64,000 nucleotides of DNA from Anolis carolinensis (lineage: Eukaryota): the NCBI RefSeq assembly GCF_035594765.1, contig NW_026943831.1:1043075-1107074 (forward strand), read 5' to 3'. Positions within the stretch are counted from its first letter, which is position 1, and each line of letters starts with the position of its first letter. The notes below the pieces were generated by a model. The model saw only the letters and a list, made by a program, of their open reading frames with translations, was not told the origin of the DNA and searched no databases. Positions 49,995 to 63,610 of this stretch are shown here, piece after piece. Both the position numbers and the translations under genes were made by a program.

Positions 49995-52055
49995 TCATAG
50001 AATCATAGAATCATAGAGTTGGAAGAGACCTCGTGGGCCATCCAGTCCAACCCCCTGCAAGAAGCAGGAAAATCTCATTCAAAGCACCCCCGACAGATGG
50101 CCATCCAGCCTCTGCTTAAAAGCCTCCAAAGAAGGAGCCTCCACCACAGCCCAGGGCAGAGAGTTCCACTGCTGAACAGCTTTCACAGTCAGGAAGTTCT
50201 TCCTGATGTTCAAGTGGAATCTCCTTTCCTGTAGTTTGAAGCCATTGTTCCGCGTCCTAGTCTGCAGGGCAGCAGAAAACAAGCTCACTCCCTCCTCCCT
50301 ATGACTTCCCCTCACATATTTATACATGGCTATCATGTCTCCTCTCAGCCTTCTCTTCTGCAAGCTAAACATACCCAGCTCTTTAAGCCTCTCCTCATAG
50401 GGCTTGTTCTCCAGACCTTTGATCATTTTAGTTGCCCTCCTCTGGACGCTTTCCAGCTTGTCAACATCTCTCTTCAACTGCGGTGCCCAGAATTGGACAC
50501 AGTGTGATTCCAGGTGTGGTCTGACCAAGGCAGAATAGAATAAGGGGGAGCAGGACTTCCCTGGATCTAGACGCTAGATGCAGGCCAGAATCCCATTGGC
50601 TTTTTTCGCCGCCACATCACATTGCTGGCTCATGTTTAACTTGTTGTCCACGAGGACTCCAAGATCTTTTTCACATGTACTGCTGTCTAATCTGTTAAGA
50701 TTGTTTTGAATTCTGCTCCTGTCTTCTGGGGTATTAGCTATCCCTCCCAGTTTGGTTTCTGACAGATCATGCCTTCTAAACCTTAGTCTAAGTCATGAAT
50801 AAAGATCCTGAACAGAACCGGGCCCAGGACGGAACCATGCTGATGGCATTAGCTCCTCACTTCTTTCCAGGAGGAAGAGGGGGAAGCATTGGGGAGAATC
50901 ACCCTCTGGGTTCGTTCACTCAGCCAATTACAGATCCACCTCACTGTAGCTTTGCCTACTAGTCCACATTGGACTAGTTTCCTTGCCAGAAGGTCATGGG
51001 GACCTTGTCGAAAGAAGGCCTTACTGAAATCCAGGTACACTACATCCACAGCGCTCCCTGTTTCGACCCAGCTTGTAACTATTGAAAAAAGATATCAGAT
51101 GAGCCTGGCATGACTTGTTTTTGATAAGTCCGTCTTGATAAATCCGTCTCTTAGCGATGACCGCATTCCTTTCTAAGTGTTTGCAGACCACTTCCTTAAC
51201 GATCTTTTCTAGAATCTTGCCTGGTATCGATGTGAGGACATTGGTAATTGTTTGGGTTGTTCTTTTTTCCCCTCTTGAAAATAGATAGGGACCACATTTG
51301 CCCTCCTCCAATCTGCTGGGACTTCTCCCGTTCTCCAAGAACTCTCAAAGATGATAACTTCCGCTATTTCCTTCAATACTCTTGGGTGTAGTTGATCTGG
51401 CCCTGGGGACTTGAATTCGTTTAGAGCTGCCAGGTGTTCCTCAATGACTTATTTCCTTATTTGGTGTTGGATTTCCCCAAATCCTTCATTCACTCCATAT
51501 TGCTGAGGTTTAGGACGGCTTTCTGTCTGTGAGAAGACTGAGGCAAAGAAAGCATTGAGTAGTTCTGCCTTTTCCCTATCCCCGTCACATCTTCTCACAG
51601 AGGCCCTATCGCCTCCTTGTTCTTCCTTTTCCTACCGACTTAAGCAAAGAAGCACTTTTTATTGTTTTTAATGTCTCTGGCAAGCCTGAATTCTTTGGTG
51701 ATTTCTCCCCTTTTCCACTTCTTGTGCATGTCTCTTTTATGTCTTAACCCGGATAAAATTTCTTTGCTCATCCATTCTGGCTTCTTTGCACTTGTCTTGT
51801 TTTTTCTCTTTGTTGGCACTGTTTGCATTTGCGCCTTGAGTATTTCACTTTTGAAAATCTCCCATCCATCCTTAACTCCTTTGTCTTTCAGTATTGGTGA
51901 CCAGGTAATGTCGCTCAGTATTTCCTTCTTTTTTTGGAAGTCAGCTCTCCTAAAGTCCAGAATGCAGGTTTGACTTGTCTTAGTTTTGGCCTTCCATTGT
52001 ATTGCAAACTGCAGGAGCACGTGGTCACTTGCCCCTAAGGGTCCAACCACTTCCC
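49995..52055 (-). mobile_element. Degenerate CR1 LINE, 5'-truncated
   Basis: Fragmented ORF2 (ASDH, YLDFSKAF) and (ATTCTATG)n tail. Confidence 0.9.
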
Positions 52056-52276
52056 TGTGGCCTGGGAGACGATGAAATAATCAATAAAGAAATCCGTGGT
52101 TTTTCAGCATTTAGCACATGCTGATAATTTACGGAAACCCATTATCCAGAGTGAATTATGCCCATTAATGTTGGAAAGAGTTCTGCCTGCCTCCCTGCCA
52201 TCAGTTCTTTTAGCCACATTTGAGTTTGACCCAATCAAATTGGTGTGACCCTCTAATATTGGGAAGAGTTTCCACT

Positions 52277-52346
52277 CCTTCCTTCCTTCCTTCCTTCCTT
52301 CCTTCCTTCCTTCCTTCCTTCCTTCCTTCCTTCCTTCCTTCCTTCC
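52277..52346. repeat. (TTCC)n microsatellite
   Basis: Seen directly. Confidence 0.95.
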
Positions 52347-53471
52347 ATTATCCTGTCCTTCTGTGTTTCCTCTCTTCCACCTTTCTGTCCTTTTCTCCTT
52401 TCCTTTTTTGCTTTCTTTACTTTGAGCCACCTTTGAGCCAGGACTAATTGTGTTCCCACATGTGCTCAGTGGAATTGAATGTGGATCTGTGTTCTTCTTT
52501 ATGAATCTGTGATCACCTTTGCTGGTTTGTACAGGGAGGTGACCATCACGGACTAAGTAATAATGAAATGAGCATTTAGCACATTTACTGAGACCAGAAG
52601 GAATCGTTGCCTCTCTTCTGTTCTTTTATCCACGTTTGGGATTCACCCCATGAATTCAATGTGACCATTTAACATAGAACGCAGTTCCCCTCCCTCCCTC
52701 CCTCCCTCCCTTCTTTATTTTGTTCCTTTCTTTCTTATGTCCTTTTTTTGCCTGCCTTCCTTCCCTCCTCACTCTCCTTCCTCTCCTTCCATCCACCTTT
52801 TTGTCATTCTTGTATTCCTTCCTTTTTCTGTCCTATTTACATAACCTTCCTTCCACCCATCTCTTAAACTCCCTCATTCCTTCCTTCCTTCTTTTCTTCC
52901 TTCCTTTTTCTGTGTTGGTCGAATCACTTTTGAAATGACCAACTTTTGTCTCTGTTATGTTCATTCAGAGCACCTGAATTTGTTCCTTGTTGTTTATGTC
53001 AGGGATACTTTGTGCTTTTCCTGCATGGCAGCGGCTTGGACTAGATGGCCCGGGTGGTCTCTTCCAACTCTATTATTCTGTGATTCTATGAATCTGTGAT
53101 TGATTTTGTTGGTTTCTGTGTACATCTTAGAGACATTTCATGACTGTATTTCTTGGTATTTCTATTTTCAACATAATACATGAAGGGAAAAAAGGATAAG
53201 GTTGGAGGTAAAGAAGGTTTGGGGCTTCACGTTTAACCTTTGGCTTCTATTTTCTTGACCAGGGATATGAGGGTTGTACAGCGCCTCTCCCGTCATGATG
53301 AAAACAAACTGCCTTCTAGTGGATTTTGAAGAATTTGGAAACCAAAGTGCAGTAAGGACACCAGTCCTATAGGAAAGAAAATCCTCTCAAGGTGCTGATC
53401 TTGCTGAATTCTTAAACTCACTCTAGATCAGAAAGAGAAGAACAAGACTCAAGTGTCTATTTTACAATTAT

Positions 53472-54767
53472 ATGTACCTAACTGTCAACATGGAGGAGAA
53501 AGGACACAAATGTAATGAATATAGAAAGAGCTTTAGTTACCTTGCAAATGTGAAGAAACATCAAAGTATTCACACTGGGGAGAAACCTTATAAATGCCTG
53601 GAGTGTGGGCAGAGCTTTAGTCAGAGCTCAGGTCTCCATTTGCATCAAAGGATTCACACTGGGGAGAAACCCTATAAATGCCTGGAGTGTGGACACAGTT
53701 TCGCTTGGAGCTCAGGTCTCCGTTCACATCAAAGGATTCACACTGGGGAGAAACCCTATAAATGCCTGGAGTGTGGAAAGAGCTTCAGTCAGAGCTCGGT
53801 TCTCCGTTGGCATGAAAGGATTCACACTGGGGAAAAGCCTTATAAATGCCTGGAGTGTGGGCAGAGTTTCAGGTGTAGCTTTGTTTTACGTAGACATCAA
53901 AGGACTCACACTGGCGAGAAACCCTATAAATGCCTGGAGTGTGGACAGAGCTTCAGTCAGAGGGTACATTTCCGTTCACATCAAAGGACTCACACTGGGG
54001 AGAAACCTTATAAATGCCTGGAGTGTGGACAGAGCTTTGCTAAGAAGTCAGGTCTACATTCACACCAAAAGACTCACACTGGAGAGAAACCCTATAAATG
54101 CCTGGAATGTGGACAGAGCTTTAGTCGCAGAGGACATCTAAATTCACATCAAAGAATTCACAGTGGGGAGAAACCCTATAAATGCCTGGAATGTGGAATG
54201 AACTTCACTGTTCCTGCAGGTTTACATTCACATCAAAGGACTCACAGTGGGGAGAAACCCTATAAATGCTTGGAGTGTGGACAGAGCTTCCCTTGGAGTT
54301 CAGGTCTACGTTCACATCAAAGGATTCACACTGGAGAGAAACCCTATAAATGCCTGGAGTGTGGAAAAAGCTTTAGACTGAAAGGAAGTCTAAATTCACA
54401 TCAAAGGATTCACAGTGGGGAGAAACCCTATAAATGCCTGGAGTGTGGAATGAACTTTGTGGATCCTGCAGGTTTACATTCACATCAAAGGACTCACAGT
54501 GGGGAAAAACCCTATAAATGCTTGGAGTGTGGACAGAGCTTCACTTTGAGTTCAGGTCTACGTTCACATCAAAGGATTCACACAGGAGAGAAACCCTATA
54601 AATGCCTGGAGTGTGGAAAGAGCTTTAGACAGAAAGGAAGTCTAAATTCACATCAAAGAACTCACAGTGGGGAGAAACCCTATAAATGCCTGGAGTGTGG
54701 AAAGAGCTTCACTCAGGGTTCAGGTCTACGTTGGCATCAAAGGGTTCACATTGGGGAGAAACCTTAA
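53472..54767 (+). CDS. C2H2 zinc-finger protein, 14 intact fingers plus one degenerate finger, no KRAB found
   Basis: [12 protein letters not shown] repeats; ATG at 53472 or aacATGg at 53490; acceptor TTGACCAG at 53262; possible AATAAA at 55394. Confidence 0.9.
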   Translation: MYLTVNMEEKGHKCNEYRKSFSYLANVKKHQSIHTGEKPYKCLECGQSFSQSSGLHLHQRIHTGEKPYKCLECGHSFAWSSGLRSHQRIHTGEKPYKCLECGKSFSQSSVLRWHERIHTGEKPYKCLECGQSFRCSFVLRRHQRTHTGEKPYKCLECGQSFSQRVHFRSHQRTHTGEKPYKCLECGQSFAKKSGLHSHQKTHTGEKPYKCLECGQSFSRRGHLNSHQRIHSGEKPYKCLECGMNFTVPAGLHSHQRTHSGEKPYKCLECGQSFPWSSGLRSHQRIHTGEKPYKCLECGKSFRLKGSLNSHQRIHSGEKPYKCLECGMNFVDPAGLHSHQRTHSGEKPYKCLECGQSFTLSSGLRSHQRIHTGEKPYKCLECGKSFRQKGSLNSHQRTHSGEKPYKCLECGKSFTQGSGLRWHQRVHIGEKP

Positions 54768-57118
54768 AAATGCCTCGAGTGTGGACAGAGCTTTATTCGG
54801 AGGAGACATTTACATTCACATCAAAGGGGAAACCCTATAAACACCTGGACTGTGAACAGTTTTAGTCGTGCAGAGATGGAAGGAACGTCTTATTCTAACG
54901 CAAAAAGAGTGGCTTGTGAACATCTGCAATTAGCCAAAGTGACAACAATATGGGCAAATGTCAGTTGTAAGATTTATTAATTGGGAAAGTGTTATCAAAA
55001 GTGTTAAATTATATAATATTTTCTATAGGGAGTAGAATACTAAGGGATAAATACTAACAGATAGAATGAGGCTTGTAGAAGTGTACCTGTGTCTCTTGTT
55101 CGTTTGTTAGTTTGGTTTGTGTGTCTATGTAGGTATCTGTTTCATCGGTGTGTTTGTTTCTGATTTAGTTTTGTATTTTATGTAGTCGTTTGCTGTGTAG
55201 CTTAAGCATTATATACAAATTCTGCCTTTTTGTTTTGTTGCTTTTTATCTCTTCTATTTTTTATTTTTTGCCAAAAAAGAGGGGGATTTATAAGGGTGTG
55301 TGTAGTTTGTGTTTGTTACGCAATTTCCCCGGTTTGACTGTTCTGTAAACTCTTGTATGTTATTCACTTAACAGCTGTGGGTCCATGGACCATAATAAAG
55401 TTATGTATGCATGTATGGGTCAAAACTGTTGAAACTGGAGGGGCGGATAGACCTGGTTTTAGCCCAAAATTGGGTTTAACACCCTATGTAAAGTCTCTTT
55501 GAATGTCATTTTCGCCCTCTTTGCTGGTGGCATGGGTTTGGACTCAGTTATCTAGCTCCAGAATTATTCCTCTTCTGTTTTGTACAACATATATTGACTG
55601 CTTTGGACACCATCTATTGCTTGTCACCATCTTGTCATCTCAATAAATCTGGACTTGATCCTCTTGTGGTATGTGTTTTATTTTAATTGCCACACACCTT
55701 ATTAACTTGTGGTAACATCCCACTCTTAAACATGCATTGCACTCTGTTATGATGTATACAAAACATGAGCGTGCATCTGAATACTGTTTGCCCTCCACAT
55801 TTGCAGGTTTAGTTGCCATTGATTTCTTTATTCCCAAATTCTTCATCTGTAGTAAAAGCGGGGCTGTTTGAAGCTTTACGGCCTCTTCTGGGAAATCGCC
55901 ACTGCAAAAGAGCCAAAAGTAAACAAAGTCTTTTTAGAAATTTGTTAAATCATATTGTGCTTTTTGTGTGCAAAATATGGTTGACGGGATTAAGAAGGTT
56001 TGGGGATAACTTAGAGATCTTCCACTTTCACAAGGGGACTGAGACACTAAGCCACACAAACAGGCAGGGCAGTTACATACAGTCATGCCCTTTATTTTAT
56101 CAAGACGTTGTCTTTGTTCGTGTCGGTTGAGACATTATTTTGGCCATTTGGGTCCGAGGGACAAAGGTCCAGGCAATAAAAAAGTAAGTTCCCTTGCGAT
56201 CCCAGCTGTTTCTGCCTTGGATGTGCTTGCTGGTAATACCTTGCTGCCTGTCAGTCACTAAGGAAGACAGCCTCAAAAGACTCTTCCGTAGATTTGTTAA
56301 TGAATGAAACAGATTTGCTTTGGCCTTCTCCTGAGGCTGAGAGAGCGAGGCTTGCCCAAGGTCAGGTGTGAGTTTCCACAGCCGAGTGGGGATGCCGACC
56401 TTGGTCTCCAGAGCAGTGGTGTTTCGGACTTCAACTCCCATAAATCCTAACAGCTGGTGTACTGGCTGGGGTTTCTGGGAGTTGTAGGCCAAAATACCTG
56501 GGAGGGGACCCACAGTTTGGAGACCACTGCTCCAAAGTACTACACCATACTGGTGCGAAGACTATAGTGCTCATTAAATAGGAGCTTGCATGGTCCTCGG
56601 GTGGGCTCAGTCCAGGGAGCTTGGGCAGCTGCCCTGGCTTTGCGAGGCCTGAGCAGGACCGTGGAGGACACAGAGGCTTAGAGGCCTCTCCTCTGTGGGT
56701 GGCCATAAGTCCACGTTCACCTGATGGCGGCCCATTGCATGCGATGTGTGCCTGCGAGGCAGGGGTTTGGGCAGGATGCCCTTTGGGGTCTCTCTGAGGT
56801 CCAGGGCTCCACCGTGATTTCATTACTCCTTCTTCGCATAAGTCCAGACCAGTGGTTCTCAGCGTGTGCTCTGTGGAGTCCTTGGGGCTCCACGCTCCCT
56901 CCTCCTCCCCCCAGCCTTCCCCCCTCTTTCCTGCCCCCCCCCCCCCCCCCGCCTACCTCGATCCCAAATCCTCCCCCCCCCCACCTTCCCCTCCCCCAGG
57001 TCCTTTCTCCCTCGCCTTCCTTGCTTCCCTCCCACCGCTCGGGGAGCTTCGATTGCGCTCTTCCTGCAAGTCGGAAGGGAGTTGGACTGGGTGGCCCCTG
57101 GGGTCTTCCACTGAAATA

Positions 57119-57459
57119 CAGAGTTCCCTCACTACTTCGCGGTTCACTTTTCGTGGATTCACTCTTTTGCGGTTGTTCATAAACTCTAAAAGACTATTAT
57201 AAATCATAAAACATGACAATTTGCAGCCTAAGGAAGGGAGGAAGGAGAAGCCAAAGGGGAGAAAAGGAGCCCAAGCGGCAGCGGGAGGAGAAGGAGGCGA
57301 TTTATCAACACACGATGGGTTGATAAAAACTTAAAATAGTGTATAACTACTAAAATAATGTATAAATATTAAAATAAATATAGCGTCCCTACTTTGCGGA
57401 TTTTCACTTATTGCGGGTGGTCCTGGAACCTAATCCCAGCGATAAGTGAGGGAACACTG
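57119..57459. mobile_element. Tigger/pogo-like MITE
   Basis: CAGAGTTCCCTCACT...AGTGAGGGAACACTG with TA flanks. Confidence 0.75.
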
Positions 57460-57515
57460 TACTGTTATCTTGGTCAAAAAGTTTGCCCATGCCCGACGTG
57501 TGTATGTATATCTTA

Positions 57516-58050
57516 TCTATATATATAAAAGAGTGATGGCATCACGGCAATTCACAAAACAATAAAAGTACAGGCCCCCCAACCTCAAAATTTGACAACA
57601 CAACCCATCATCCACGCCTCAAGGTTGATACAACAAAAAGAAAAGAAAAAGTCCTAATTACAGGGAGAGGAATAACAGTTTTTATCCAATTGCTGCCAGT
57701 TTGAAGGCAAAGCTCCGCCCACTTAGTCTCCTAGCAACCTACTCAGCCCAGGGGACAGGCACAGTTAGGCCTCACTTAGGCCTCTTCCACAGATTATCAG
57801 ATTTTAACTGGATTATATGGCAGTGTAGACTCAAGGCCCTTCCACACAGCTATATAACCCATTTAGAATCTTATATTATCTGCTTTGCACTGGATTATCT
57901 TGACTCCACACTGCCATATAATCCACTTCAGTGTGCATACTAAACATAAAGACAACCATACAACAGACATTCAATACCACCACTACCTCAACAATTTCTC
58001 ACCAACACCACCAGACAACGCCACAGCAACGCGTGGCCGGGCACAGCTAG
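57516..58050 (+). mobile_element. Non-autonomous Helitron
   Basis: A|TC...CTAG|T termini; carries the empty site for the LTR at 2758. Confidence 0.85.
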
Positions 58051-58547
58051 TATTTTATATAATTTAAAATATTCAAACATTTCTTGGGGCTTCACAAGAC
58101 ACCTTTGCTTCAACAAGGGACCTGTGGCAGATAAAGTTTGGAGAACCCACGGTCCTTCTTACTTACTTAGGTGATCCCTCGTGGCTCAAGGATGATGCCC
58201 TCCAAGTGTCGTGTCTTGGCGGTGGGTGCGTAGGTGACCGTAGAGCCCACACCCGAGGTCTAGGGCAGTGGAGCCCCTGGTCTAGACCCCAGAGGGCAAG
58301 GCCATTTTTCACATCAACATCTTTCTTTTCTCATGCAAAATGTCTGGGGACTTTGGTTCTTCTGGAGAAGACGATTAGAATCCGTTGACATTACAAAAAC
58401 TCCTTGCTCCTGGTGCAGATAAAAGCTGCCCAAACTGGGATTTTTGGTTTCTCCCTTGGGGCCTAGTTCTGATGGAGCCAGGCATTGGGGAGAAGCATTT
58501 CTGGATTCCTCTTGGCCCCTTTCTGCCTGGGGCAAAAAAGGGACCGG

Positions 58548-58722
58548 AATCATAGAATCACAAAATAGTAGAGTTGGAAGAGACCTCGTGGCCCATCCAG
58601 TCCAAGCCCATTCTGCCAAGAAGCAGGAAATCGCATTCAAAGCACCCCCGACAGATGGCCATCCAGCCTCTGCTTCAAAGCCTCCAAAGAAGGAGCCTCC
58701 ACCACGGCCCCGGGGAGAGAGT
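58548..58722 (-). mobile_element. CR1 3' end fragment
   Basis: Matches 44454-44640. Confidence 0.8.
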
Positions 58723-58885
58723 TTTATATTACATTATTATTCTATTCATATATTATTCTTATGCCCTATTGTTATATTAATATATATATATTATTATCAT
58801 ATTACATTATTACTCTATTCATATATTATTCTTATGCCCTATTATTATATTTATACATTTTCCATTATCATATTATATTATTATA

Positions 58886-60809
58886 CTAGCTGTGCCCGGC
58901 CACGCGTTGCTGTGTCTGAGTCTGGTGGTGTTGGTCAGTCTACATTAGGTTTTGTATTGATGCTGTGACCTCCACCTTCTTTATACTCACATTAGTTGTA
59001 GTATTTGAAGTCTGTTACCTTCTTCAATTTTTGTGTTGATTGATAATTGCTTGAGATCCCTGTTGTCTTTGGTTTGTTGTTAGTTGTAATGTCTGATTCT
59101 GCTGAGTGCGGTTTATATTTTTATTGTGGTACAATAGTCTTTTTTTTGTTTTGCCTGTGTAGGTGTTTATTATTGTTGTTGTTGTAGTGGTCATGAAGGT
59201 TGGATAAGTTAAATGCTACTGTATTGTTTTTTGCAGGCCCACTGTAGCACTGACTGGCTTCTCAGCCTTAGTGCCTGGCTGTTTCTTGCCTGTGATGGTG
59301 TTGATTCTTGTTGTTGTTGTTGTTGTCATTGTTATTATTGTAATTGTTTTTTTTGGAGGCCAAGTGTGAATGTAGGGATTGGGGAGGTGGATGAGTTGTG
59401 TTGTCAAATGTTGTATTTGTTATAGTCACAATGCGTTGTTGTGAGTTTTGTGGGTCTGGATTGTGGTTTTGTGGTGTGGTTGTGTTGTTACAACTGAGAG
59501 GCAAGGCTTTTGTGTTGTGTTGCGAAGTTTTGTATTTCTGGGTCGTTTAGTTGTGTGCCAAGTTTCGTATTTCTGGGGCGTTTAGTTGTGTTGTTATAGT
59601 CACGATGCATTGTTGTGAGTTTTGTGGGTCCGGATTGTGGTTTTGTGGTGTTGTTGTGTTGTTACAATCGGGAGGAAATGCTTTTGTGTTGTGTTGCCAA
59701 GTTTCGTATTTCTGGGGCGTTTAGTTGTGTTGTTATAGTCATCATGCGTTGTTGTGAGTTTTGTGGGTCCGGTGTGGTTTTGTGGTGTGGTTGTGTTGTT
59801 ACAACCGGGAGGCAAGGCTTTTGCATTGTTTTGCCAAGTTTTGTATTTCTGGGGCGTTTAGTTGTGTTGTTATAGTCATGATGCGTTGTTGTGAGTTTTG
59901 TGGGTCCGGATTGTGGTTTTGTGTTGTGGTTGTGTTCTTACAACTGGGAGGCAAGGCTTTTGCGTTGTGTTGTCAAATTTTGTATGTCTGGGGCATTTTG
60001 TTGTGTTATAGTCACAATGCGTTGTTGTGAGTTTTGTGGGTCCGGATTGTGGTTTTGTGGTGTAGTTGTGTTGTTACAATCGGGAGAAAAGGCTTTTGTG
60101 TTGTGTTGTCAAGTTTTGTATTTCTGGGACGTGTAGTTGTGTGCCAAGTTTCGTATTTCTGGGGTGTTTAGTTGTGTTGTTATAGTCACAATGCATTGTT
60201 GTGAGTTTTGTGGGTCCGGATTGTGGTTTTGTGTTGTGGTTGTGTTGTTACAACCGGGAGGGAAGGTTTTTGCGTTGTGTTGTCAAGTTTTATATTTCTG
60301 GGGCGTTTAGTTGTGTGCCAAGTTTCGTATTTCTGGGACGTTTAGTTGTGTTGTTATAGTCACGATGCATTGTTGTGAGTTTTATGGGTCCGGATTGTGG
60401 TTTTGTGGTGTGGTTGTTGTTACAACCTGGAGGGAAGGCTTTTGCGTTGTGTTGCCAAGTTTCGTATTTCTGGGGCGTTTAGTTGTGTTGTTATAGTCAC
60501 GATGCGTTGTTGTGAGTTTTGTGGGTCCTGTGTGGTTTTGTGGTGTGGTTGTGTTGTTACAACTGGGAGGCAAGGCTTTTGCATTGTGTTGCCAAGTTTT
60601 GTATTTCTGGGGCATTTAGTTGTGTTGTTATCGCATGATGCGTTGTTGTGAGTGTTGTGGGTCTGGATTGTGGTTTTGTGGTGTGGTTGTGTTGTTGTAA
60701 CCTGGAGGCAAGCCTTTTGCATTGTGTTGCCAAATTTCGTATTTCTGGGATGTTTAGTTTTGTTGTTATAGTCACTGCGCCCGCAACTTTATCCTTTTAT
60801 ATATATAGA
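58886..60809 (-). mobile_element. Non-autonomous Helitron with an internal ~150-bp minisatellite
   Basis: TC / CTAG termini; repeated GTGAGTTTTGTGGGTCCGGATTGTGG units. Confidence 0.8.
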
Positions 60810-61278
60810 TTACATTTTTATATTCATATACTATCCTGCTATTATTACATGCTGTATAATATGTTTTATATTACATTATTATTCTATTCATATATTATTC
60901 TTATGCCCTATTATTATATTAATATATATTATATTTTATTATTATATTACATTATTATGCTATTCATATATTATTCTTATTCCCTATTATTATATTTATA
61001 CATTTTCCATTATCATATTATATTCTTATATTACATTTTTATATTTATATACTATTCTGCTATTATTACATGCTACATAATATGTTTTATATTACATTAT
61101 TATTCTATTAATATATTATTCTATTATTCTGCTAGTATTATATCGTATATTATATTAATACTTATTAATAAAATTACTATAATATAATAATTATATTAAT
61201 ACGTTTTGTATTATCTTATTATTATAAACTACTATTATATTATTACCTTCTGTTATTCCACTTCCATATTATATTCTA

Positions 61279-62891
61279 CTAGCTGTGCCCAGCCACGCGT
61301 TGCTGTGGCTTAGTGTGGTGGTGTTGGTCAGTCTACATTAGGTTGTATTTATGCTGTGAGCTCCACCCTTCTTTATACTCACATTAGTAGTAGTATTTGA
61401 AGTCTGTTACCTTCTTCAATTTTTGTGTTGATTGATAATTGCTTGAGATCCCTGTTGTCTTTGGTTTGTTGTTAGTTGTAATGTCTGATTCTGCTGAGTG
61501 CGGTTTATATTTTTATTGTGCTACAATAGTCTTTTTTTGTTTTGCCTGTGTAGGTGTTTATTATTATTGTTGTTGTAGTGGTCATGAAGGTTGGATAAGT
61601 TAGATGCTACTGTATTGTTTTTTGGAGGCCCAGTGTAGCACTGACTGGCCTCTCAGCCTCAGTGCCTGGCTGTTTCTTGCCTGTGATGGTGTTGATTCTT
61701 ATTGTTGTTGTTGTTGTCATTGTTATTATTGTAATTGTTTTTTTGGAGGCCAAGTGTGAATGTAGGGATTGGGGAGGTGGATGAGTTGTGTTGTCAAATT
61801 TTGTATTTGTTATAGTCACAATGCATTGTTGTGAGTTTTGTGGGTCCGGATTGTGGTTTTGTGGTGTGGTTGTGTTGTTACAATCGGGAGGGAATGCTTT
61901 TGTGTTGTGTTGCCAAGTTTCGTATTTCTGGGGCGTATAGTTGTGTTGTTATAGTCATGATGCGTTGTTGTGAGTTTTGTGGGTCCAGTGTGGTTTTGTG
62001 GTGTGGTTGTGTTGTTACAACTGGGAGGGAATGCTTTTGCATTGTTTTGCCAAGTTTTGTATTTCTGGGGCGTTTAGTTGTGTTGTCATAGTCATGATGC
62101 GTTGTTGTGAGTTTTGTGGGTCTGGATTGTGGTTTTGTGTTGTGGTTCTGTTTTTACAACTGGGAGGCAAGACTTTTGCGTTGTGTTGTCAAATTTTGTA
62201 TTTCTGGGGCGTTTAGTTGTGTGCCAAGTTTCGTATTTCTGGGGCGTTTAGTTGTGTTGTTATAGTCACGATGCATGGTTGTGAGTTTTGTGGGTCCGGA
62301 TTGTGGTTTTGTGGTGTGGTTGTGTTGTTACAACCAGGAGGCAAGGCTTTTGCGTTGTGTTGTCAAGTTTTATATTTCTGGGGCGTTTAGTTGTGTGCCA
62401 AGTTTCGTATTTCTGGGGCGTTTAGTTGTGTTGTTATAGTCACGATGCGTTGTTGTGATTTTTATGGGTCCGGATTGTGCTTTTGTGGTGTGGTTGTGTT
62501 GTTACAACCTGGAGGGAAGGCTTTTGCGTTGTGTTGCCAAGTTTCGTATTTCTTGGGTGTTTAGTTGTGTTGTTATAGTCACGACGCGTTGTTGTGAGTT
62601 TTGTGGGTCCTGTGTGGTTTTGTGGTGTGGTTGTGTTGTTACAACTGGGAGGCAAGGCTTTTGCATTGTGTTGCCAAGTTTTGTATTTCTGGGGCGTTTA
62701 GTTGTGTTGTTATCGCATGATGTGTTGTTGTGAGTTTTGTGGGTCTGGATTGTGGTTTTGTGGTGTGGTTGTGTTGTTGTAACCTGGAGGCAAGCCTTTT
62801 GCATTGTGTTGCCAAATTTCGTATTTCTGGGATGTTTAGTTTTGTTGTTATAGTCACTGCGCAAACAACTTTATCATTTTATATATATAGA
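61279..62891 (-). mobile_element. Second Helitron copy with internal minisatellite
   Basis: Same family as 58886-60809, with fewer units. Confidence 0.8.
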
Positions 62892-62919
62892 TTAAGCTGT
62901 GATTCTTCTCAGGAGGGAG

Positions 62920-63075
62920 AAAGGGCAGAAGCCACGCCTCCCGCCTTCGGGCGCCATCTTGGGACCGGGCGGAAGTCCAGCGAGAGCGGGAGGTTTCCGC
63001 TTCCTAGAGTGGCGGCGCCACTTCCGGGCAGTTCCTCAATGGCGGCGGAGAGCTGAGGAGAGCGGGAAGCGGCAG
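62920..63075 (+). promoter_or_regulatory. CpG-island promoter and first exon of a third gene whose body lies outside the window
   Basis: YY1-like CGCCATCTT 62952 and AATGGCGG 63038, ETS-like CGGAAGT 62970 and ACTTCCGG 63020, donor CAG|GTAAGG at 63076, short ORF MAAES* 63039-63056. Confidence 0.7.
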
Positions 63076-63088
63076 GTAAGGCGGCTTT

Positions 63089-63450
63089 GGGCCTTCCCTC
63101 AGGCCTTTTGGACTACAACTCCCAGCATTCCCGGCCTCAGGCCCTTTCCTTTTCCCCCTCAGCCCCACTGGCCTCGTTCCTAAGAGACCTCACCGCCTCT
63201 GCGGAGGCCTGCCATAGAGGTGGGCGAAACGTCAGGAGAGAATGCTTCCACTCCCAGCATCCCCGGCCTCGGGCCCCTTTCTTTCTCGCTTAAGCGGCTG
63301 AGGGGGAAAAGGAAGGGGCCTGAGGCCGGGAATGCTGGGAGTTGTAGTCCAAAAGGCCTGAGGGAAGGCCTAATTTTGCCCAGCAGCATTCTCTTCTGAC
63401 GTTTCGCCTACACCTGTGGCAGGCCTCCTCGGAGGTGGTGGTGAGGTTTA
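63089..63450. mobile_element. Palindromic hAT-like MITE interleaved with two inverted Penelope terminal-repeat pieces
   Basis: GGACTACAACTCCCAGCA / TGCTGGGAGTTGTAGTCC arms; GGCGAAACGTCAG on both strands. Confidence 0.65.
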
Positions 63451-63568
63451 TATATAAAGTAGAGTCTCACTTATCCAACATAAACGGGCCGGCAGAACGT
63501 TGGATAAGGGAAAACGTTGGATAATAAGGAGGGGCCAAGGAAAAGCCTATTAAATGACGTTATGATTT

Positions 63569-63610
<42 letters not shown>

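Noticed and set aside
59200-62870. Numerous Cys/Val-rich or Thr-rich ORFs
   Set aside because: Translations of the Helitron internal minisatellite.
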